Below are positions 55,041 to 64,000 of a stretch of 64,000 nucleotides of DNA, in pieces. Within the stretch, counting starts at the first letter, position 1, and each line of letters starts with the position of its first letter. Source of the stretch: Eledone cirrhosa (Eukaryota); assembly GCA_964016885.1 (NCBI GenBank), contig OZ024743.1:149854001-149918000 (forward strand), given 5' to 3'. Below the pieces are notes generated by a model, which was not told the DNA's origin, did no database searches, and saw only the letters and a list, made by a program, of their open reading frames with translations. The translations under genes were made by a program, and so were the position numbers.

Positions 55041-55260
55041 ACCGAACTTATATTCATGGAAATTTGGGACTTGACTCCTTCTTCCTCACTTTTCGTTGCT
55101 TCACCATCTTTGTTTGTTTACACTCTCGTGTCCCCTTTATTTACGTGTCCCAACGACTTTTTTTAGCCGTTGCTCGCACCAACCGGAGGTATATGGTCTT
55201 TAAAGCGATAAAATACCAATGATGGTTGGAAGATCACTGATGAAGGACTAACTTTATTCC

Positions 55261-55261
<1 letters not shown>
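55041..55261 (+). mobile_element. Insert in (TA)n ending in a truncated hammerhead 5' half
   Basis: CTGATGA at 55238-55244, then AGGA-CTAACTTTAT-TCCT (stem II) and (TA)n exactly where GAAA is expected. Confidence 0.55.
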
Positions 55262-55328
<67 letters not shown>

Positions 55329-55418
55329 CATTTATATATATATATATATATACAAATAAAATATAGAGTTATTAACTCATATAGATACCCTGTAATTAAC
55401 AAGCTCAAAGTATAAATA

Positions 55419-55597
55419 CTGGCAGTATCGGTAGACGGTTGGACGCCATGCTTTCTAGTATAGTTATGTCCCTTTACAGTCTGAGTTCAAATCCCGCCGA
55501 GGTTAACTTTGCCTTTCATCCTTACGGAGTCGATAAAATAAAGTACCAGTAATGTACTGGGTAATTGATGGCCTTGTGCCTAAAGTAGAAACAATTA
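55419..55597 (+). mobile_element. SINE family A, young short variant
   Basis: A/B boxes, family core and tail; CpGs intact. Confidence 0.92.
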
Positions 55598-55603
55598 TAA
55601 TAT

Positions 55604-56180
55604 TAATATGTGTAGAACACAGTAAACCCATGTCTAAAATTACGAGGGTAGATTACACCAGAAATGTTATATATCATTCAACCTGAATCATATGGGATGT
55701 TACAAGATTTCTTATAAGATTTCTCATACATACCATATCAATAACCATTTCATCTCCCGGACAGACTAAAGCTTTAATCTGTTTCGCCCTGAAGGAATCG
55801 TGTTTGTAACAAGTAATCCGTAGGCTTGAGTGTAAATAGGCTATTATTTCTAGCAAAACCACTTGCACCGCATATGACTTTCAACACACGAGGTGTAAAC
55901 TTTAGTGAGTTTATTGTTATGTAACATTTAGTCTTATCTCTCGCTGACGAAATGCCTACGGATTACTTGTTACAAACACGATTCATTCAGGGTGAAACAG
56001 ATTAAATCTTTAGTCTGTCCGGGAGATGAAATGGTTATTGATATGGTATGTATGAGAAATCTTGTAAGAAATCTTGTAACATCCCATATGATTCAGGTAG
56101 AATGATATATAACATTTGTGGTGTAATCTACCCTCGTAATTTTAGACACGGGTTTACTGTGTTTACTTCTACACATATTA
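55604..56180. mobile_element. Fold-back element (arms 55604-55825 and 55954-56180, 128-bp spacer); Penelope-like pLTR remnant
   Basis: About 220-bp inverted repeat with few substitutions and one 5-bp indel; contains a hammerhead; right end abuts (TA)n. Confidence 0.85.
55934..56029 (+). ncRNA. Type I hammerhead ribozyme candidate
   Basis: Stem I TTATCTCTCG/CGGGAGATGA (10 bp, 2 G-U); CTGACGA 55944-55950; GAAA 55994-55997; stem III ACAGATTAAA-TC-TTTAGTCTGT; GUC cleavage triplet 56017-56019. The base of stem II is imperfect. Confidence 0.8.
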
Positions 56181-56240
56181 TTATATATATATATATATAT
56201 ATATGTACATATATATGTATATATATATGTATATATATAT

Positions 56241-56593
56241 ATCATCATCATCATCATTATTTCATTTTACGTCCGCTTTTCCCTGTTTGCAAGGGTGGGA
56301 CGGGAACTGATTCTGGCTTGATTTCTACAGCTGGATGCCCTTCCTAACATCAACCTCATTTACAGTGAGTGCTGGGTGCTTTTTTGCCGTGGCACTTACA
56401 CGTCGACTTAACTTCCACTTTACAATGATATGGACCCCAGTCCCTATCATCTCATTTCTACAGCTGAGTAAACTGGAGCAATGTGAAATAAAGTGTCTTG
56501 CTCAAGGAAACAACACATCACCTGGTCTGAGAATTGAACACACAATCTTTCGATTGCCAGGCCAATGCTCTAACCACTAAGCCATGTGCCTCC
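56241..56593 (-). mobile_element. Full-length SINE family B
   Basis: Reverse of the 47864 copy; flanked by (TA)n. Confidence 0.92.
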
Positions 56594-56794
56594 ATCTATA
56601 TATGTATGTATATATATGTATATATATATGTATATATATGATGATGATGATATATATACTGCATATATATATATATATAAATATGTGTGTGTGTGTATAG
56701 TGTAAGTGATTCTGTGAATTACTGGTGGTGGTCCCAAAACAAGCACTCTATGCAAAGGCAGAGTGTATATATATATATTTTTTTTGTCACATCA

Positions 56795-56884
56795 CCAGTC
56801 TGACGAGCAGATCGATACTGGAGTCGGGTCCATAACTCCTATGGGTGATCCTGAGCCAATCCTCTGTGAAATGCACATAACAGG
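56795..56884 (+). ncRNA. Type I hammerhead ribozyme candidate in a ~225-bp insert (56779-57005) in (TA)n
   Basis: Stem I CCAGT/ACAGG (1 mismatch); CTGACGA 56800-56806; stem II GCAGA/TCTGT; GAAA 56868-56871; near-palindromic stem III ATGCACAT; AUA triplet ending at 56879. Confidence 0.72.
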
Positions 56885-57165
56885 CCAATACACAATGAAA
56901 ATCTTATAAACGTTTTATATTTTTATCTGTAAAGGTATAAACATATTAAGCTTAAATTTTCTCTTGCAATTTCTCTTCAAGTAACTCTTGCATATAATTA
57001 GAAATATATTTATATATATATATATATATATCATTTCATTTCATTTTATGTCCACTTTTCCCTGCTTGCATATATACATATATACACATATATGCGTGTA
57101 TGTGTGTGTATAAATCTACATGCATGTGTTTTTTTATGCATGTTTTTTACAACTTGTGTTATATA

Positions 57166-57209
<44 letters not shown>

Positions 57210-57550
57210 TGCACACACATATATACACATACATATGGATACACACAGTCATACAGGCATATATATATATGCTTACTAAATTAAATTTTGCACTATATAC
57301 AATGTTATACCTTATTTGTACGTGAATGCTAATGTTCTAATATTGCCCGTTACCTTGCAAAAGGGCTAATTGAAATGTGTACTGTTGAACATCTAAACAA
57401 CATAAACATGGAAACAACATAAACTATATCAAACGAATATTTATTTTAATATCTGTATATATATATATATATATAGATTATGTTATTTCCAGTATATTTA
57501 TGTTTAATTGTGCTCCCACATGCACATATAAATATGTATGTATATATATA

Positions 57551-57631
<81 letters not shown>

Positions 57632-57635
<4 letters not shown>

Positions 57636-57824
57636 TTAATATAGAAATGGCTTCTACAGGACTAGAACTGTTTCGGGTGAAATCATCAGGAAGCTTCCCG
57701 ATGATTTCTCCCGAATGAAACAGTTCTAGTCCTGTAGAAGCCATTTCTATATTAAATATTTACACTCTTCTATGTATTGAGTACGTTACTTGCTGTGGTT
57801 ACCCCTGATTGAACCCGGAATAAA

Positions 57825-57827
<3 letters not shown>
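57632..57827. mobile_element. Head-to-head double-hammerhead palindrome (57632-57759) plus 3' extension, in (TA)n
   Basis: 43-bp perfect outer arms centred on GGAAGCTTCC (57689-57698). Both strands read GCTTC-C(T/C)GATGA-TTTC.CCC..GAAA-CAGTTCTAGTCCTG-TA-GAAGC. Confidence 0.85.
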
Positions 57828-57905
<78 letters not shown>

Positions 57906-57949
57906 ATATATACACATATATATACATGCATATGTATGTATATATATAT

Positions 57950-57980
<31 letters not shown>

Positions 57981-58559
57981 AGTTCTATTGAGCTAAAGAT
58001 AGAGAGACTTCATGAAAGAATTAGCAACCAAATTCACCCTACAATCCAGTCTTTAAAAAAATGATGTCCTAGTTACACTGTGCTTGAAAAATAACAAGCG
58101 AGATGTTTGCAAATGGAACATCTTTGATCCGAAGTCTGCTTGATTAGGGCTAAATAACTGTATTTTTATTCTCTTTCTCATTCTTCTTTTACTTCTATAT
58201 TTATCCTTGCATTTGTGTTCACTCTATTTCATACGCTTAGACCAACAATCTATGAATTCTTTTCAATCATTTTCTTCTTTATTTATTTAAATACATACAC
58301 ACACTCACACTCTCAACACAATATCCATCCATTCATCCTATGAAGTATCTACTACATATGGGCATTAAAGATTTCTTAACCTGAATGAAGAGAAAGCCAA
58401 CTATAGATAACTGCAATTTTCTGTCCTCAGACATTCACAACTCATGTTTTAGATAGTTACTAGGGAATTGCAAGAAATGAACTGCGCTCAACAGCAATAT
58501 TCTGCTGGATGTTGGGATCTCCATTTTTTTTACTTAAAGAGCAGTTGTGGAGTTGAACA

Positions 58560-58688
58560 ACTCCTTGTAAGCCTCCAAAAGTAAGACGTACAATGAACAG
58601 CATCAATAGTATCAACAACATTTCTTGCTTTTAATGAAGATCGAAGTCAAAGTCATCTTCACATTTTCTGTAAACAACCACCCTGTAT
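58560..58688. mobile_element. Possible Tc1/mariner terminus
   Basis: Ends CCACCCTGTA (TA-CAGGGTGG on the reverse strand); no partner TIR seen. Confidence 0.25.
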
Positions 58689-60426
58689 GCATGTACACAA
58701 CTTCATAGCCTATAGTCACCAAGATTATACCTGTACTTAATAGAAAGCTGCCAAAATTTTAACTACTGGCTCATCATCATCATCATCATTTTTATATCAA
58801 CGTTTCCATGGATGGAACATTTTGAAGCAGTGTTTTACAGCCAGATGCCCTTCAATGCGTCAACCTTTTTAGTCATTTTTCATGACTCACAGGGATATGG
58901 TGCATTCTATTCTAAATCAGAATCACACAGTTCTGTTTAAAAACGTCTGAATTCAGCTATTGGATATTAGCATACCAAATTAATTATGAAAGACTTTCTT
59001 AATCTTTTGACTACTCTTCTTATTGAATACACTTCCCTTTTTTAAATATGAACATTTATACTGAAACGTTGATTGTTTATATCTGTCTTTTAAAAATGAA
59101 TATATTAGATTTTAAAATAATCTATACAGAGAACAATAAATCAATGTAGAGATAAATCTATACCGAGAACAATAAAACAGTAGAATATTAAAACAGTAAA
59201 ATATTATAAAAAGAAATAAAACTTATATTTTTAAATATAAGTACAGCAAATCGATGATATAAATTAACAATTAAAGAACACACAGTTCACATATAGCTAT
59301 AAGAATGTTTTCAAATAACCAACAACCACTGTACTCTTATTACAACATCTCCACACCATTTCTTTCAAATAACTGTCAAATGGTTCTTTTGATATACCAT
59401 TTATCCAGTCCAGATTTGTTTTTATTAGTATGAAATTAAAAGGATTCAATACATTATGGTCAAATACATGTGACTTAAAGAAGGAAATAATTGTATTTAA
59501 GGAGAAAAAAAATTCAATAATGAAAGCTTTTCATAATTTATTTCTTACACTTATCCCTACTGTCACTGATGTTTTAACTAAATTCAACTTCAGTTATAAT
59601 GAATCAGCACTTCTATTCTTTAAATATATTTATTTATTTCAACCATTTAACATTTAAACCAGCCAGAATTCTCTCACCTCTTTCTGTTCAAACCAGCTGT
59701 AACCAGCCCCTCATACTGATGTTGAGGTATTGTTCTCAAAATAGATAACATCAAAATCTCATAGATTCGATATTATGTGAGATAATTATGTAAAATAAAG
59801 CCTTTACTGTGAAAATATAATAGTAAATATAGAGTAATGTATTTTTACATTCTTTATTGTTGCTTATGGTAATAGTTTCCAAATGGCTTCTTGGCTGTCA
59901 TGGAAACTGATGATGGTCTACATTGGTAAAATTTAGTCAATCTAAAGTTTAGAAGAACATGAAAAGGTTTTTGCATTAAGGAGTATAGAAAATAAAGTTT
60001 CAATGGTTTTATTCTTCATGTGAGAGTGAGGAAAGGGAGAGAAAAAACTGAAGTTGAAGGGTTGGTTTGCTAGGGAGATGGATTGCACGGCAAGAGGTGG
60101 AGTAGGAGAGGGTGAGAAGAAAGGAGACAATGTGAAGAAGGAGCAGAAAGTTGAATAGCAAGGAAGATAAGCCAAGGATGGGATCAAAAATAGCGATGGT
60201 AAAATGGGGTTCAGAGTCAATATATTGATGATTTTTAACATCAACTTCTAAGTAAATAAGGTATTAAAATATCTGGACTGATTATTTCACAATGAAACAC
60301 TGTTTTTCTACATTTACTTCATCGTCATGAGTTTTATTTAAGCATTGCCTAGAGAACATTCCCAACAAATTTTTTATATTTGAACTTTTTAATACATATA
60401 TATCCCCTACACACATACACACACAT

Positions 60427-60479
<53 letters not shown>

Positions 60480-60974
60480 TATGTGCAGACTGTTTTTTTT
60501 CTGTAACTTAGTTATATTTTTTCTTTCAGTCTTGTTTTGTTTTATTTCACTTACTTTCTCTCTCCCTTCTCTCACTCACACCCTCTCTTTTTCTTGCTCT
60601 TCCCCCGCCCCCCTCTCAATTGCTGTCTCTTCCTCACCCTTCTACTCTGAATCTTTATTCAGTGTTCTCTTAGCTGATCTCTTTCAACTATCCTCTATTC
60701 ATATCGATCTCCCTCTAGTGTTTTAATGATCTCCATAACAGTTAAAGAAATTTTTTTTTTAATAATACCTTAAACTAAAAATATATCTCCTTTTCTTTAT
60801 ATTATATTAATTTACAATTCTCTCATGCTTTTGTATTTTCTAATTATAAAGAAATAAAATGCTCACAATGGAACTCTAAACGATACTTAAAACATTTTGA
60901 ATATCAAAATATATAAACTTATTTTCTCCACTCATGAGAATTTCAAAACCACGCCTTAATGTGTTGATTTTTAG

Positions 60975-61050
60975 ATTTTTGCCCATTTCTCAAACACAAA
61001 ATAGGGGTTAGCTTATATTCGAATCGGTTTATATTTGAGTATATATGGTA
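60975..61050. mobile_element. pogo/Tigger-like transposon terminus
   Basis: Reverse strand reads TA-CCATATATACTCAAATATAAACCGATTCGAATATAAGC, resembling TA-CCGTATATACTCGAATATAAGCCG-type TIRs with the internal repeat (recalled, not searched). Confidence 0.55.
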
Positions 61051-61828
61051 CTTGAATAACTTCAGCTTTGATGGAAAAATGACTGAGGGAGGTGGTTTAG
61101 AACAATACCTCAAAGAACCACACAGATATACACTTACAGATTAAAGTATTGTAGGGTGAATAGAGACAGGCAGAAAGTTGGATAAGAAAAATACTCTAAA
61201 AAGTACATAGATTCAGTTAAAGTATAGTGGGTCAGACATAAAGTAGCAACATGTGAGGTGGGAACATATATGCAAAAACACAAATACACAAACACATACA
61301 TACAAGCATTCATATATTTACAGTTACATATATTTCCTCACACTTTTACTTCAAAGCATTCAAGGACCAACTGAATTGAGAAGTAGGTATATGCTGAACC
61401 GCCCATGTACCCCTCTACATACCCATTTCCATCAATGGTTACACCCCGTTACATTCTGAATTCAAACCCCACCAGTGTTGACTTTGGCTGTCATCCTTCT
61501 GAAGTTGATAAAATAAGTACCAGTCAAGAACTTAGAAAGATATAATCAATTGCACCAGTGTTAGAAATCCTTATCAACATTTATTTATAGTTATGTCTTT
61601 CACTAATGCCTTGTATCTATTATTATTTATTTTTCTTGGGTGGCAGAATCAGTATAGCAATGGAAAAATGCCTTACAGCAGTATTTTAAGTGCCTCCTTT
61701 TATGTTTTAAGTTCAAATCTTATCAAGGTCAAATTTTCAATTCAACCTTCTTGTGTTTGTTAAAATACTAGTCGAATATCAGAGTCAATTTCATCCACTG
61801 TCCTCTCCAATTCAGTGGCTTTGTAGCC

Positions 61829-61886
61829 AAGATAGATATTGCTATTATTAGTTTATAATACTACTAATAATAGCAATATCTATCTT
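61829..61886. repeat. Perfect 24-bp inverted repeat with 10-nt loop
   Basis: AAGATAGATATTGCTATTATTAGT / ACTAATAATAGCAATATCTATCTT. Confidence 0.95.
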
Positions 61887-62127
61887 TATTGTGTGTCGTT
61901 ACTGTATTACTGAGCACAGCTCTGTGTGCCTTGGATATGTGCAGTGTTGTTTTTGGCATTGTTATTTTTATTGTCCTTTAAGTACTCTTCATGTGTATGT
62001 AGTGCTTAGTAATGCTATCTTCTGCATGTAGTACAGATGTGTAAGTCCTGGAGTTTTGGTTATGTATCAGTCTATATGATCTTTTTTTTTATCATTCCCA
62101 GAGCACCTAGTTTTTAGGGATTGTTTG
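61887..62127 (-). mobile_element. R4/Dong-clade 3' end
   Basis: TIP...GALGMIKK...YITKTPGLTHLYYMQKIALLSTTYT.RVL, matching the R4/Dong C-terminus, followed by a short 3'UTR. Confidence 0.8.
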
Positions 62128-62138
62128 TTTTCTATTAT

Positions 62139-62450
62139 TGATTGGCAGTATCGGTAAAGGATCAGACGCCATGCTTTACAGAATGGAGTTACGTTCTTTA
62201 CGGCCTGAGTTCAAATCCCACTGGTTAACTTTGCCTTTCATCCTAACAGGGTCGATAAAATAAAGTAAATTGTTGGCCTTGTGCGAAAAGTAGAAACAAT
62301 TATTATTATTTTTAATCAAGGTTACCGTGCCTTTCATCCTTAAAAGGTCGATAAATAAAGCACCAGTAATGCACTGGGGTTGATTTAATTTCTTTGCCCT
62401 CACCCTAAATTGCTAGTCTTGTGTCTATAGTAGAACCAATTATTATTGTT
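62139..62450 (+). mobile_element. Two tandem SINE A copies (older degraded copies at 61440-61850)
   Basis: Family core, B box and tails. Confidence 0.85.
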
Positions 62451-63334
62451 ATTTGTATATTACAAGTTACAACCCCATACACTGCAGATACAAGCAACAT
62501 GTTTTGTTGCCTTTGATTTATGGAAAAGTTCCTATATGTTGTATGTGAAATGTATGATATTTTAGGCACTTTCTTCCCATCATCTTCTAAATCTCTTATT
62601 TCTGAATTTGTTTAGTGACATAAATTTGGTAGAAATGGTAAGCATTCTGCGTTCCACTTTGATGTATTATGTTTATATATACAAATAACATTTGGGATGA
62701 CTAATAACACTGGGAATTCAACAAAATAATATTAGTAGTAAACTAAGATTAATCCTTGAGATACCAACCCATTTGAAAGGGTTTCTATTTAAATTTGAAT
62801 CTTCCAACATAATTTTATGTAAAAACAACATGTTAAGTTACTGTACTATCTTAGTAATGAAATAACTAGTATTAATTTGAATAAATCTTTCACATTTCTT
62901 CATTAACTAATTGAAATATAGTGTATGTCATTAGAAATATTGTCGCAAGATGGTTAAGTACATTTTCTGCTCTCTAAACAAAGAATTTACTTATTATAAA
63001 TTAAAACTAATAATAATTATTATCATTATTGTTGTTGCTCTACGTAGAAGAATCATCACCATCGGTTTGGAATATTTTTTCATACTATATTTATTTTGTT
63101 ATTCATTGCCCCATTATTATAGCAAACAAACATGGAAAAATCTGATTTTCAATTGAAAGAAATTGATATTTAACTGAGCAAAATAAAAGAGAGAGAAATT
63201 GATGGAATTAAGTGAAGTTTAAAATACATCAGCTTAGTTCTTGTTGTTTTATATATACAAGTATATATATATATATGTGTGTGTGTGACTGTAAATATAT
63301 GCAAGTCTATGTACATGTACCTACATTAATGGTA

Positions 63335-63447
63335 GTGTATATATATATATATATATATGTATGTGTATATTTATATGTGTGTGTATATATATATATATAT
63401 GTGTGTGTATATATATGTATATATATATGTATAAATATGTATATTTG

Positions 63448-63480
<33 letters not shown>

Positions 63481-63541
63481 ATATATATATATATATATGA
63501 ATATGTACATACATATATATGTACAATATATGTACAATACA

Positions 63542-63575
<34 letters not shown>

Positions 63576-63635
63576 TATACATATATGTATATATGTATAT
63601 ATGTATGTATATATATATATATGTATATATGTATG

Positions 63636-63725
<90 letters not shown>

Positions 63726-63813
63726 TATATTTAGAGTTTAAACTCAAAGTCATTTATATATATATGTATATATATATGTAGATATATATACATATATATA
63801 TACATATATATAC

Positions 63814-63845
<32 letters not shown>

Positions 63846-64000
63846 GAATATGTGTATATATATATATGTATATATATATACATATATATATATATATACA
63901 TATATACATATATGTATATATATATATATGCATATATATATATATATATATATATATGAATATGTGTATATATATATGAATATGTGTATATATATATATG
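63335..64000. repeat. Long degenerate (TA)n/(TG)n microsatellite tract; dozens of shorter ones occur throughout the window
   Basis: Direct reading of the sequence. Confidence 0.95.

Noticed and set aside
63212-63781. Long [12 protein letters not shown] ORFs here and at ~8.7, 11.5, 17.9, 46.5, 53.0, 54.6 and 57.5 kb
   Set aside because: Translations of (TA)n/(TG)n/(CA)n microsatellites, which lack stop codons.

Overview
AT-rich, microsatellite-dense eukaryotic DNA, almost entirely non-coding. The repeat complement suggests an octopod cephalopod; this is an inference from recalled repeat sequences, not a search. Most ORFs in the supplied track are microsatellite artefacts. Host-gene signal is limited to one well-defined 76-nt + strand coding exon (10920-10995, PDCYPSLNMTERHQRDDFSLWPGVQ) and a probable terminal exon with a ~2.3 kb 3'UTR from 20862. 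The rest is retroelement and transposon debris: CR1, R4/Dong and two RTE LINE lineages, four SINE families (about 25 copies of one), and piggyBac-, hAT- and pogo-like MITEs. The most unusual structure is a ~4 kb cluster (53.7-57.9 kb) of unrelated short non-coding inserts in (TA)n tracts. Most carry type I hammerhead ribozyme cores (CUGAnGA...GAAA...UH) and three are long head-to-head fold-backs, as expected for Penelope-like/retrozyme remnants. The cluster lies in a CpG-retaining domain that starts near 49.2 kb. Coordinates were counted by hand; boundaries of degraded repeats are approximate.
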